Shown piece after piece: positions 38,968-52,511 of a stretch of 64,000 bases of DNA. The first letter of the stretch is position 1, and the number at the start of each line of letters is the position of its first letter. The DNA is from Marsupella aquatica (taxonomy: Eukaryota > Plantae > Marchantiophyta): positions 13,451,270 through 13,515,269 of the forward strand of contig OZ316892.1 in NCBI GenBank assembly GCA_973895155.1, written 5' to 3'. The notes below the pieces were generated by a model. It was not told the origin of the DNA, ran no database searches, and saw only the letters and a list, made by a program, of their open reading frames with translations. A program made the position numbers and the translations under genes.

Positions 38968-39665
38968 CAATTTATTTAATAGCACAGAGCAGGAGTGAAA
39001 GTGGCATCCTTTCTAACCTTGCAGTTGTAAAATAGAACTGACAGGCCTGGGAAAATGTATTGGATGAGTTTACACCGTAGAAAGGACATCATACAGGAAA
39101 TGTATATATTTTGACGTCGCTTTAGAGAAATGGTAACATACTCTTAGAATAGAAAAAGAACAAATTGCGAGGATTTCGGGGACCATCCCGATGGATAAAT
39201 GATTATGCTGACTTCAGTGATATAATTGTGAAGCAAGGAACATTGAGGTTGCAGTCGAAATAAATTTGGTCTTCACTCGTGTTGGCTTTTCTGGAGTCCT
39301 AGACTTGGCCTGCCTTCTATTGCGCTTTAGTATCGTCCCATAATAACTTCATCGAACAGGGGTATATTACAACTCTCTACAGTTCATGGGAATAAATGCA
39401 GATATGCCGTATGCCGAATGTAATACGGAGGAAAAGGAGAAGATCGGGCTTGGCTTGATGTACTGCTTCCTTTTTTTCATTTCAAGTCAATTTCTCAGTA
39501 ATTTAAATGCTGCGTATTGCTCAGCCAATTGCAATCAGTGACAAAGCTCGCGCACAAGTGATACTGATCTGTTAACTTTGTAAATTCCTGATAATGGCAA
39601 ATGCTGAGCAAACGATTGAGATATCATGCAACAAATCCTTAGAGAAAGCACATCTTGTCTGCCCC

Positions 39666-40058
39666 TGTGATGAAATGAAAATGCAATAGAACAATGAGAT
39701 TGTGTAATTTCTGCTCAGCGATGATTGAATTGAATGAATGAATGAATCCGTTACAATGAATCTAACTAAGTAGGAAAATTGTCTAAGGTAGAAGTTAGAC
39801 TACAAGTTTGCAATCACACGTATCCGTGATAGGAAGATGTCAGTCCATATCAGTAGATATGACTTGACATCAGAAGTTAATCTACTGATGAAGATGAGTC
39901 TAAATTATTGGAAGAAATACAGTCCCTAGATATGTTTGTCAATCCATGTACAGGTCACATGGATTGAATAGGTGACACATCATCTAATAACTAATTAACA
40001 CACTACTCCTGAAACATTGTGGAACTGAACTATGAGTATCAACTAATATAGTCTAACA
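39666..40058 (-). mobile_element. Possible solo LTR, second family
   Basis: Minus strand reads TGTTAGA...CATTTCATCACA with LTR-like composition. Flanks GCCCC / GCCTT only partly match, and there is one copy in the window. Confidence 0.3.
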
Positions 40059-42095
40059 GCCTTCACAGAGCCAGTGATATTGGTTGTCTTCAGAAGTGCC
40101 AGGGTAGACCTTGGTCTCACATGTGGCTGCGTTGAGAAGCTCGTGCAAGTGGTGGCCCTTGCCCAGGTTGACAGATCTTCAAATGTTTTACGTTTTTCTA
40201 CATAAAATTAATAGAAACTGTTGTTATGTGAAAGGTCCCTAGTTTCCCATGTCTATCTGTGCCAATACTTTGTCGCTTGTATTGAGGATTCACTATATAA
40301 TATCAAACACGATAATACCGCATCCCGCCCATTCTGTGTGATAGTCTAATTATGAAATGTCATATATAGATTGTTGTAATGATGGTTTTTCAAGACTGTC
40401 TGATTGGCCAAATACCTCATCGTGAGCCATCTGTGCCTCGGCCTTGCCTTCTACAGTTCTACGCCTGACCCCGTCCCATCCATGCCTCAATATCCATGCC
40501 TTGGTCGCACAATGGCCTCAATATCCGTGCCTCAGCCTCGCTAATTGTGCACCGCATGTGCGTTGGGCTCTTAAAGTATCATACACCCATTACGTATCCA
40601 TGCTGTTCATCGTTGCCTCTGCAACATAGGTAATGCACTACCCATTAGAAGCAAAACACACTACCCACTAGGCAGAGTGAGTTGCGGCATAGAATGCCCA
40701 GGGGAGCCAACTCAATGATATTATTGTCTAGTGTGAGAAGTTCCAGCTCAAAACCACTTAGTCAGATTTAGTCCAAGTTGACTCCATGGATAGTTGTTTG
40801 AGATTTAGTAAATGTATACCTCATTGGCTGAGATTCAGCTTAATGCACATCTCACTGGTTGAGAGGCACCTATAATAACATCACTAAAGACCCCTGGTTA
40901 CCCTTTTGTCCTCTTGACCACCAGATGTTTATGGAAAACGTCCCTTTGAATATAGTTTGCAATTAATATGGTTCGCTGATATAGACCCTCACGGTGCTAG
41001 CCAGTAACAACATTTCATGCAAAGCGATAATTTGAGAAACAACAGTATTTATAGACTTTCCTAATAGTGTCAAATATCCTACAACTCAATGTGAATTTGA
41101 GACAAGTGCATTTTTTAATTTTAAATCCACACGGTCTGTCTTGAATCCTAGTTTAATCTGATAAGCACTTGGTTCATCCAAATTCCCAGGTCAAACATGA
41201 TGGTCCATTTAAGTATCAATTTTTAATGTGTATTTTTATTTCTATTTGTCTTAGACAAGATGCATCTTTTGTATTATTGGACTTTCAATTTATTTTTGCC
41301 CCCTCGTAACATTTTTAATTTCCTTTTTCTAGACCCCCTCTTTAAGTCTATATATATATTTATTGTTCAATATTAGCATCCATCTGTTAGAGTATTGAAT
41401 TTCATCCTTTCATCTTTCTTCTATAATACTCAATCCCCGCCCTTTTGGGGTACGTTGTCCCTTTACAAAATCAATTTTGCCGGGATTCATCCATGGTCAT
41501 CGGGTCATGTCATCGTATTTTCTTGGCCTTTGATGATAAAAAAAATGAGGTGATAGTACCTTGCTTCCCCTCTAAGTAAGGCTCTAGGACAGTAAGGTCT
41601 GAATGAATGTACAGTTTGGATAATACCAGTACCAACAGTATAGTTAAATAATACAAGACAGTACCAGGACAATACCTTTTCGGGGGAGAGATTAGTAGAA
41701 AATGGTCGAGACGGAATGCACAACAATAATGATAAAAAATTAATAAATAAAGTACATGTTATATTATTAAATTTTCATGTAGAAAATTATCAATGCCCAT
41801 AATATATTACCCAGAATTTATTCCTTAACTTTGCATAACTATAATGAATTCATTCCAAAAAGTATCTCAAATCATAAAAAGTTAATGTAGAATTGTGAAG
41901 TATTTTCCTTATCACCTTTAGCTTTTCCATTGGTAAAAAAGAGATGAATAAAAAGAGAACAAACCTACTAACATAGAACCAACAAAGTGTAACCTTAGTA
42001 ATCAAAACAAAACTAAGATTCATTAGCATTTCAAATTCAAATATTATGATATCCTATCCCACTTCTCATTTTACAAAATGAAAAATAAGAAGCAG

Positions 42096-42335
42096 TGTTG
42101 AGCATAGACGGCAATCGCAATGGTAAGCACATGACACATCCAACGCGCAAGTAGTCGACACAAGAGATATATGGTTCACCCCCTTGAGGCTACGTCCACG
42201 GGAACACACAAGAGAGTTTTACTAAACTCTAAGCCCGTTGGCCATACCAAGTCTCCACAGTGTAAGCTCTTCTCGTTTCTCAATTGGCTGTTAGGTCCTC
42301 ATCTCTCAATTGAGACCTTGAGTAAATACCTAACA
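42096..42335 (+). mobile_element. Solo LTR, family A, internally deleted
   Basis: TGTTGAGCATAGACG...GAGTAAATACCTAACA, very similar to the 11411 copy but lacking ~100 bp. TSD poor (AGCAG / GGCAA). Confidence 0.8.
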
Positions 42336-42559
42336 GGCAACATATCCTGGCTCTTCATAAAAACAATAGTTTTTGGTATAGTCTGATCCACCCAATACAC
42401 CCCTTTTGTCTCAACTATCTGCCCAAGATGTTTTGAGCTTGCCGCACCTACTTGCAATGGGATGAAACTTAATTATCAAAAATTGAATAGTATAGATTTA
42501 AAATATATGAAAAATAAAAAAATAAAAAAAATGAAAGAATTTTGACTACTAAAGTGGAT

Positions 42560-42905
42560 CTACTCGACATCTTTTCTCTAATCGACTTTCTCTCACCTCA
42601 ACATCTTATCTTTGCTCATCTCGCCATATTTTTCTCATGTTGGCATCCTTATCAGACCACGACATCTTCCATCACCCTGGACATTTTTTCTCTCCTTGAC
42701 ATCTTTCCTCGTCTTTACATCTTTTACTCATCTTGCTGCCTTTTCTCTCCTCGATGTCTTTCTGTTGCCTCAACATCTTTTCTTTTTATTCTCATCGACA
42801 TCTTTTTTTCTTATCGACATCTTTTTTCACCTTGACATCTTTTCCTCATCTTGACATCTTTCCTTGCCTCAACATCTTTTGTGCAATGCACACGTATCGG
42901 GCTAG
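42560..42905 (+). mobile_element. Helitron 3' region with CCTCAACATCTT-type minisatellite
   Basis: Degenerate (CTCGACATCTT..)n array ending GTGCAATGCAC..GGGCTAG|T (hairpin + CTAG). Confidence 0.65.
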
Positions 42906-43508
42906 TTTAGGTTATATTAAGTGACATTTCATACAGTAAGTATACCTAAACCCTAACCTATCTCTTCCCAAGAGTGAGTGAAAAAGCCAAGGAGTGTGAG
43001 AAACAAACACTTCAAAATAACACTATCCCTCCCATCTTACTACTACTTAAGAGTGTCACTTCAGGTTTCCTAATGTTATAGTTTTGAGTGACTTTTGTGT
43101 CACTGACTAAAGTCATTATGAGAGACACATGAAAGACCCACCACTTTTTTGAATGAGATTTATAATATTTTAGAAGCTAAGTAATTATGTACTAGAAAAA
43201 AATGTTAGAATATTGAAATTAATCCTTACATTTAGGTTATATTACGTTACATTTCATACAGTAAGTATACCTTAATCCGAACCTATCTCTTCCCAAGAGT
43301 GTGACAAAGCCAAAGAGTGTGAGAAACAAACACTTCGTAATAACACTATCCCTCCCATCTTACTACTACTTAGAGTGTTGTTTCCAAAGTTTATGGTTTT
43401 GAGTGACTTCCGTGTCACTAAAGTCATTCTGAGAGACACATCAAAGACCCACCACTTTTTTGAATGAGATTTATAATCTTTTAGAAGCTAAGTAGTTATG
43501 TACTAGAA
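42906..43508. repeat. Tandem duplication, 2 x ~280-290 bp
   Basis: TTTAGGTTATATTA..CATTTCATACAGTAAGTATACC ... GAAGCTAAGTA.TTATGTACTAGAA at 42906-43197 and 43231-43508. Confidence 0.85.
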
Positions 43509-44187
43509 TAATGAAATGTGGGGATAAAAGTGGGGCCAATCCTTTTGTATGGCCATAAGCAATGAGGTGAGGGAAAACGTACCAAGTGGCCCAAACTAAT
43601 TTATTCTGGCTCTAATGTTGGAGCAAGTCTATTATAAATGACACGGTGCCCGAGGAAAGTCATAGATTTCCATCCACCACATGTTAAAATAGTGAAGAAT
43701 AATGGTTTGTGCTACTCTTAGTTTCTGCTACATTTAAGTAAACTTAGGCACCTTCTTCCCTAAGAGACCTATTTCTCGCATCAAAGTTGAAAATGAAAGC
43801 CCACTATTGATTATCTAGTATCGGTCATTTTGGATCTTGTAGTAGAGTTCTTTGTAGCTATCAGCCTGTCTTTGGGTGACTCTTCATGAGGTGGCTGCTT
43901 GGGGCTTTCCTTTTGGGGACCACTTGTGTTCTTTTAATTACTTCTGAATCATCAATAGTGTTGCAGCATTGACAACAACGAGGATTGGAAGTTTGAAACA
44001 TTACTTTGAACTCAAATAATATATTTCCTTTGTAGAAGTGGCCACACTTTTGGGTCTCAAGCAGCTGCTAGTTCCATCTGAGTTGCCTTATTTTTCACCG
44101 TCCATCTTAGAAGTCACCTTTAACACCAACAAAAGAGACAAATAAATTTGTTTTCACCTTATCTATGAAATGAATCCCAATGAACAA

Positions 44188-44475
44188 TCTTACTTATAAA
44201 GCACCAACTACAAGCTCGAGCTGGGGTCTAGGCTTCTAGAGTGAAGACTCTAGACCGTAACTCCATTGCCCCACCATAACATATGTGCATAGAAAGAGTG
44301 ATGTGCATAGAAAAGAGTATGGTATGTTATGTATGATTATTAGAATAATGATGAGTATGATTATTTTTATATCATTTCATTAACCTTCAAAAAATGTGGA
44401 TAAGGAATATATTTTGGTGACATTTTTATTGTCCTCCCCACAATTCACATTCAAAGAACGTGTAGTCAAGGCTAG
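44188..44475 (+). mobile_element. Short non-autonomous Helitron (288 bp)
   Basis: A|TCTTACTTATAAAGC ... AAGGCTAG|T; homologous to the 24577 and 59861 copies. Confidence 0.72.
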
Positions 44476-44575
44476 TTGTAATTTGGTAGATCAGTGTAAC
44501 TTTGGCTTGTCATATAACCAGGGGATTTGTGACTTCATGCGCTCACCCCTCAGGAGGTGGGAAGTTATGACCAAA

Positions 44576-45010
44576 CTAGCGCAATGCCTGTGCGTTGCGC
44601 AAAAGATGTTGAGGTGAAAAAAGATGTCAAGATGAAGAAAAAAGATGTCAGTTTGAAAAATTATCAATGAGAGAAAAAGATGTCAAGGTGAAGAAAAAAT
44701 GTTGGTGTGAAAAAAGTTTTCGATGAGAGAAAAAAAATTTGAGGCGAAGAAAAGATGTTGGTGTGAAAAATGTTGTTGATGAGAGAAAAAGACGTTGAGG
44801 TGAGGAAAATAAGTCCAAGTGAAAAAAAGATGTTAAGGAGAGAAAATATGGCAAGGTGAGAAAAAAGATGTAAAGATGAGAGAAAACATGTAAAGAAGAT
44901 AAAAGATGTTGAGGGTGAGGAAAAAATGTCGTGGTGAGGTAAAGAACACAAAAAATGTCTATGCATTGCACACAAGATGTTGAAAGGAGAAAAACAATCA
45001 AGGCAAAGTT
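44576..45010 (-). mobile_element. Helitron 3' region with AAGATGTTGAGG minisatellite
   Basis: Minus strand ends GCGCAACGCACAGGCATTGCGCTAG|T, preceded by the same minisatellite as the 42560 and 56700 copies. Confidence 0.65.
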
Positions 45011-45774
45011 GTCAAGAAAACACAAAATAATGCAGACAAACTCATTCCCTATGCGCCGCAAAAAAGATGTAGCATATAAGAATGTCATTGTTTGATGGTG
45101 TTTGTCATTGTTACAAAAATATTGTCATTTTGGTTATTATTGTAAACATGTTACTTATTGTTGAGGAGGATGAAGATGAGAACATGGAGATGCAAAATGG
45201 GTGACAATGGCCATTACACCATTGAGTCATAGCATGATCACCCAAAGAAATGATGCAACTTTTCTTAAAATTAAATTATTAATATTTTATATACATAATA
45301 TATACACGCTTATTTTTTAATATTAGGGGCAGAAAAATACAAAATTATCTCACTTTATCGTCTTATCTATTTTTCCCTACCTTTTTCATTCTCCTCTTCC
45401 TCAAGTTTTGTTCATTTTTTGCCTTTATGTGGCCCTCCCCTTTTTTTTCCTCCATGCCAATTTCTTGCTACCTTCTCCCTGATCTTTGGATAGTGCTTTA
45501 TCTTTATGTCTTTATGAGAGTATAATATATAATATAATCAATGCACCCTTGTAGAGTTGTAGTTCCCATGGGAGAGTAAAAAGTACAATATATTGTAAAT
45601 TATACTTGAGAGTTATCTCACATAGGGTATTGCAATGTGATTATGTGTACCTTGGCCACAAAATTAAAAATCAAACGGTTACAAAAACTCACCCAAACGA
45701 TCTAACAGCTGTCATTCATCCCCGCCCAAAATGCATTTTATAACAGGAAGACCGGCTAAAATGAGCAAAATTCA

Positions 45775-48700
45775 ATATTATAGATGTAGATTGAAGGCCA
45801 TTTTTTGGTCCATTTTTGTGAAAAATCCCCAATTGTTTTGTTTGCTCAAGTAGCTAGCAATATTTGGGTAAGAATTGTGGCAAAAACCAATGAAAAGAAT
45901 GCTGGCCTCAACCCTGGCTGCCTGATTCTTATACCCATGTTGCTTGCCCAATGTCTGAAACCCTAAGCGTGTATACTCCACCTGGCTGCATTGGTGTTAA
46001 AAGCTAGTGTGCACCTACAGAGACTCCAATCTGGAACCCCCAGCAAGCAGCTGTCCGGTCTTGATCACGTCTGTAGTCACTTTAATGATCTCAATGCTGG
46101 CTTTTATCTATAATCAAACAGTAACATAAAGGCCCGAGCTTTAGATGGATTGTGAGAAACATGCATCCATTTCCAATTCCACTCCCCACCGTAGCCCAGA
46201 GTCATGATATAGACTCTTCCCTGTAGACAATAGGCCCTATTCTAGCTTTTGATCACTGTTTACTATAGAGATAGACTCTTTTTACTTTATATAAATTTAG
46301 GAATTTATCTGACCAATAATGAGGGAGTTATATTGAACCCTGGGCCTCTTAAAGTACCCACCAAAAGTCTATGATGAACTTGGACATAATGTTTACAGTC
46401 CCTGAGTCCCTGTTTTGTCCAGGCTCATAGATCAGTTATCTCATAGGAAATGAGTCACACATTCAGTAACATATGGCTTGTTTCTTTCACTCGAAGGTGT
46501 TATTGTTGTCTTTGATCAGTGTCCAATTTTCTTCTCTGCTGTACTCAAGCTCACATGCTAAACCTCTATTAGTTTTCACCATTGGACACTAAACCATAGT
46601 TTAATTGAACTCTGCGGATATTGATCACAGTTATTTGAATCCCATTGATTGTAAATGTTGTCAGTTCATGAGGGTGTTGAGGTTTCTTACCCTCTTAATG
46701 CATATGGCTTGCAATTGTTTTATTTAGCCTTCGTTGCCGGTTTGCAATTTTCCTGTCATATTTGGTTTCAGCCACCTTACCGATAAGTGGCAGTTTTCCA
46801 GTCTTCAGGGGTACTTGGTTTCGTTAAAAAGAAAACACCCGCCTACTTGAGTCGACTCAGATTGGAGCTATACCACCCCAATCCACAAATTGAGATATAA
46901 TTTCGCCATCACATTCGATCTAGTTCTCTGACATCCATCAAAGATGAAATTTGAAAATTCGGTTTAGATTTTGATCATATAGGCAAATCCCAAATTTCCA
47001 AGTCACATGTGTATCCCTTGCGAGTTTTAGGGGTTCACATTTGTTATGGGTTACCGAAACAGTGATATCCAAGACTTCCTCTCCTTTCTCAGTCTCAAAA
47101 AGTTACATGTCTGTCAAGACTTGACCTCCAATTTCTATAGCATTGGTAGTCATAGTATAGATAGAATCTACTCGTATTTCCGGTGCGAGAATTCATATAT
47201 CCATTGTATTAATCCAGCGGAGACATACCCCGCAATCCACGTTCCTGTTCATCTAAACAAGAGCTCAATCTTCGTGGATCAACTTCAATCTGCATGAGAA
47301 TAGCTTTACGAAGACCGACTTGATCACAAGAAATCAAAACAAATGCACGGAACAAACCTACAAATCCAGGAGAAACCTAATCACAATATTGCAGAGAAAC
47401 AAACTATCACGCGAATCGAAAAGTGACATCTACTTTCCTGCATCACATGTCAAGAAGATGACCAAAAGGTTGAATTATTGCAGAAATCCTAGCACAAAGA
47501 CAGTTGAAGACTCGCACCCCATTCACCAACCCACTTCCCTGACGAGTTGCCGCAGAATGTTGACGAAGGTTGGCAGAGAAATATTGTTAAAGTCGAGTAC
47601 AAACCCTAAACCCTAAACCCTAAACTGTAGCTACAAAAGCTCTACTCTACCATACAATTCCATGCCAAAAATCAAAAGGTCAATCTAAAATTGACTGCCA
47701 GACAGCGACTTCAAACCAACACTTCAAACAGATTCTTTACAGTAGTAGGTGAAAAGTTAGGCTGTCCTGTATTTAGGCAGTATGGTTACCTTTCCACAGA
47801 TCATTTTTACAAGCAAAACCCAGTCAGAGTAGCTCTCAATTGTTGTCAAGCGTCCAAGTTTGAGAAAAGAAGAAGAAAAAAAATAGGGAAAGGTGCTGGC
47901 CAGGACAAACACTGGGGGCACAAGGAACGAAAGAAGTATGAGGAAGGGATTTATACACAGGCTGCCTAGACTAAACATACAATATATAGCTCAAAACTAC
48001 CAACGTGACGTCACACGGGAAGATACCTAGGATGAAGAGGTGCTTGGTTTTTGTATTCGGAAGCACGGCTTACTCTCTCTCGTCCGCACAGACAGTGCAC
48101 AGATGTGAGATTGAGACAGCCGCTGACGTTCAACGAGCATCTCTCTGGACAGGTGTGCAAAGCTGGATAGGCATTACACACTGCCTGCACTGCACAAGCC
48201 GAGAGAGCTCTGCATCCACTCAAATTGAGTGACACCAACCCAAAACCATCTAGGTCACTCACCAGGGTCTCAATATACCCTCTTGGAGTTGACTGCTGAT
48301 TGGTCACACTATCACAGCTGCTGCTGCTACTGCTACTGCTTCTAGTTCCACTACAACTCCCTGAACAATTGCGTGCAATTGCACCCCGATTAGTGTACAT
48401 CTGGCCATAGCCAAAGGACAATTTGGAATTGCTTCTTTCAGCTCGACGAGATAAATTGCCCTGGTCTGCCAATGCATACATGGAAAGATCTGTAATATTC
48501 TGACACCTGTACAAGTTGAGTACCCGAAGGCGTAGGCAACGGTCTGCCAAAACCATGACACTCCGATCTGAACAATGAGTCGAGCAATTAGAATTATGTG
48601 CAAGAGTCGAACATCAAACATTTCCTTTGCTACACGAGATTCGTCTAATATAATCTATTTTTCTACAATAAGACGACACATCAAACAAAAGCATACCTAT

Positions 48701-49384
48701 CTGTTCCCTTCTAGGACGCCGAAACATAGTCGTTGAATTATAATATACCTCTCTAGACTGGGTCCTTGGTTCACACCAGAATAAGTATAACCTCAGATAT
48801 GCAAAGGTTTGGCCAGACCTCTTGTAAATGACAGAGTACAGGATATGCTATCAAGGAACTCTGATGAGAGTGAGCACGTACCTGTGATTAGATGGCATCC
48901 ACACAAATCCATTACTCGCAACTCTGAACATCCACACGCTAGCGCCATTACACCAACGTCGGTGATGCGTTCGCACCAGCCAACATTCAAATATTGTAGT
49001 TTACTGCAATTTTCAGCGAGTGCCTGTCGTGAACACAACACAGAAACAACAAATCACTGCCATCAGAGTGGGTTCTTGTTTTCAGAAGGGGCGGCTGGAG
49101 CTGCGCGACGTAGTACACTCCTCCCAAATGTAACCGCCTTCCATTCCATCAATTACCCAGAAAAATTAAAGCTCCAACGTAGTCGTACTGCCTACAAGAC
49201 GAAATGCTACAAATAAACAGAGTTCCTTTTGTAGGCTGCTTCCTTGGCAGTATATTTGGATTGGATCCAAGATAAGAATATGATAGTGAGTCTTATTAGA
49301 ATATGATAGTGAGTCTAATCATCATGTAGCGACTTCAAATGTATGTTCCTGACTGAGAAGCACTAATGATTTTATTAAACCCCT
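45775..49384 (-). repeat. Left arm of large inverted segmental duplication (partner 52834-56033)
   Basis: Collinear reverse-complement matches throughout, e.g. the 45778-45981 and 55827-56030 translations, 49040-49230 vs 52987-53180, and 46220-47180 vs 54490-55450. Confidence 0.93.
47601..47623. repeat. Short interstitial plant telomeric repeat (AAACCCT)3
   Basis: AAACCCTAAACCCTAAACCCTAAA; a similar short TTTAGGG run lies at ~9823-9841. Confidence 0.7.
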
Positions 49385-50573
49385 GCTTCTGTCCTTAATT
49401 GTGCAGAATTCTCTTAAACTACAGACCTGCCATCATTTGCTGGCGTATCTCTACACCCCTGAGAAGGGGATTTGCAATAATGACACCCGCTCGCTCATGA
49501 AATGGAAAACTACACTCCACCACATGCGCACCAACCGGGTTTCCAGAGGCGATGAAAAATTACCGTCAAAGCTCTATCGGTTGCAGCGTTATCACAGCCA
49601 CAAAGATTTAACTGTCTCAAGTTTCTGCAGCTCTTAGCCAAAGCAACCAATCCAACCTCAGTAATCCCCAAGCAGCCGCTCAAATTTATCTTCTCGAGCC
49701 GCACACACCCTTTCGCCAAGGCCACCAAAGAGCGATCGGTGAGCCGTGTGCCATTTGTCAGATCGAGAATTCTCAACTCAAGCATGTTACTTCCCAGGGC
49801 TTCAATTGCACTGTCATGCAGGTTGAGGCACCGACGTAGATTGCAGCTTGAAAGTTTGGAGAATTTCGGGGCCAAAGACTGGACCAAGTTACTGACATTG
49901 CGGCCACACCTGCACAATCCCAACATTGGTGTAAAGAAAATGGAATGCTTGATTGAGTTCTTAGACGGTTTTCACCTGAGGCGTCAATGTTTATCTGTCC
50001 CATAAATTCAATGATGGGATTGCGAATTCTTTGTCCTGTTAAAGCCCACTTTTACGGACTCTGTCGACTCGCTTGACTCTATGGCCGTGTTCATGAACTA
50101 ATGTTGAGGGCCAAAACCTAGAGAAAATAGCAAGCTTTAGGGTGGAAACACAACATACCAGGAAAATGAAAGATCAAGGATACCAAGGCGCAGAGCATCA
50201 CGCCACGCGTGACAAACTCCACTTGCAACGACAATAGTGCGATTGTCGACGAGTGTCATGATGCGAACCAGTACCTCCATTGGCAAATCTGGCCATTTTG
50301 AATCGCCATCTTCTCCTGTTACCAAGTCTGCTTCAAAATCAGTACTGGACCCACTCCGCTTTTGCAAGAGCCGTTTCCATTTCAACTTCATGTCTCGAGG
50401 GGCAGATTCTACATCTTCCTCTTCCACAGCCCAAAAATACGGGGAAATCCCCGAGGCATCATGTGGCAATCCTGCTCTGGCTTTCAGTTTCTCCATGGCA
50501 ATGACTTCCTTGCTCGACTCGACACAAGTGGTCTCAAAACTGCCACGCTCTGCTTTTATATCCTCGGCGTGAT
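48011..50573 (-). CDS. SKP2A: F-box/LRR protein, SKP2A-like
   Basis: Exons 50573-50159, 49909-49564, 49023-48882 and 48567-48011 join in phase with GT-AG introns. F-box WPDLPMEVLVRIMTLVDNRTIVVASGVCHAWRDAL..LSFSWC, cysteine-containing LRRs, and a C-terminus LNLSGCRAL..AVQAVC.AYPALHTCPERCSLNVSGCLNLTSVHCLC typical of plant SKP2A/B. Start is either ATG 50496 (460 aa) or an upstream 16-nt coding exon 52058-52043 (491 aa). Confidence 0.92.
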
Positions 50574-52473
50574 CTGTACAACAAATCACTGTAAGACTTC
50601 CGCTGGCTAGGATATACATTAAAACACTTGTGCTGTCTAGAAACCACTCCCCATCGTTCATTGATAATTATTCAACACTACGCCCAATTCCGACGCCAAT
50701 CGTGGCGGAAAAGGTCGCTGCTGAGATTCAGGTGAGCTCCGACCCAATCTCTCTCGTCAGGTCTATCACAGGCAGAATGAAATTCAATGATGCCTTAACA
50801 GTTCTACCCATACAAGTTTAATGGAAGGTATTGGCTTCTCCTCCCAACCATCGTGGGACTCAAGGCAATAGTATCCGCAAGTAAAAGCCATCTTATCCAC
50901 TAGTCACGAGAACTAAGTTTGAGACTTTCTCACTCAAACACCACGTTGGCTTTGATCTAAAGTCTCTGAGGTCACGTCGTACCTTGTTCGCATTGACATC
51001 AACTTTCATAATTCCAGTTCGTCGTAGGATGACATAGCTAGACGATGTATGCGGCCTTTGCCGAACACGGACAAATAGAAGGAATGAAACTAAACAAGAA
51101 TCTAACATCGGGGATAGCTTGAATATCTTACAATTTCACTTCCAAACCCTGGACTCCTCCCGGAGAAACAGAAAAGCCTCGAGTTGGGTCCTCAAGTTGA
51201 GTCTCGAGTATCACAAATCAGAAAGGACGTCCAACAAGGACCGAAAATCCCGACACCCAGTGATGGCCTGTGCCCATTCATCGACGACGTAAATTCATGA
51301 TGTGTACATGGAAACAGGGCCCTCAATGAAATTCCTCTAAGATAGAAAGCACGTCAAGCAGAGGAAGCAGCTGATTCAGAATTCACGGTTGACACATCGT
51401 GCTCAACTCGGGCAACAGGAGGGTTGCGCTGGGTGACGGCTGCTGTTTGAGGACGTCTACTCTTGCCGGAACGAAACCATCCAGCCACAAAGATACGAGT
51501 GCCGTACAGAAACTAATAAGTGTCTAATAAATGCTCCGTGCATACCACGGCACCCGAGGCACTCACTTCAGGTCATGAGCATCTTCTTTTAATAATGAAA
51601 AGATCCAATCATAATCTACTCAGCTCGAGGACCGTAGGAGGCCGAAGGAGAGGAGACATTTGAGAGCGAAACGAACGATCGAAAAGATATGAGATGAGAG
51701 TAACAAGGGAGCCTGGGCCGGAATGGCTTTCAACTCCACGTGACCACAACTCCAACATAAAACTAGTTCCGAAAACGAGGAACCTGCAAAGATGCTCTAA
51801 GAAGAGGAAGAACCATAACAAAGGCACGGCGGAGGGAAGCAAGACCTCCAGTCCGCACAAATCACAGGAATCAGGCTCTAAATCGGCGTCGGTTAGGAAC
51901 TTTCTGACTACGATCCAAACCCCAGACAATTGGAAAGTCACATCAACAAACCTACAACCCACTTGCCCACCCACCCAACCAACCAACCGCAAGACACCCT
52001 CGCCTGATTTAGTAACTCACAAATTCAGCGAACAATTCTCACCGTCTGCGGATTCCATGACTCCCTGCTTGCCCTTTCACGCTTGCAGAATTTCGGCAAC
52101 GCGACTTGCTGTCCGCTCCGGCCCTGATTAACAAACCACTCCACGCGGTACCAAACTCCCAAAACGGAGAGCCAATGCTGCAAGAGACGATAGACGGTGC
52201 AGCGCCTTGCTTCCCGTCTCTACTTCTCGATTCCTCGTGCCGTCTCGTCGCGGCTCGTCTCTTCCGTCTCGTCTCGGCTCGTCTCTTCCGTCTCCTTCTC
52301 TCGACGAAACACCAACGACGCCAGTTTCGTGGCATCCAGCACCCAATTACGACGCGTGCAGCACTCAATTGGGATTGCTCAAGTAGATTGTTCGATTCTA
52401 ATCGCTGCCGTGCGGTGCCGTGTCACCGTGGTGGGACAGGACAGGGCAGGTCAGCGCGCCGCAACAACGTAGG

Positions 52474-52511
52474 GGAAGAAGAGGAGGAAGAAGAGGAGGA
52501 AGAAGAAGAAG
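52474..52511. repeat. GAA/GAG (CTT/CTC on gene strand) microsatellite near presumed TSS of the F-box gene
   Basis: GAAGAAGAGGAGGAAGAAGAGGAGGAAGAAGAAGAAGA in a GC-rich island. Confidence 0.75.
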
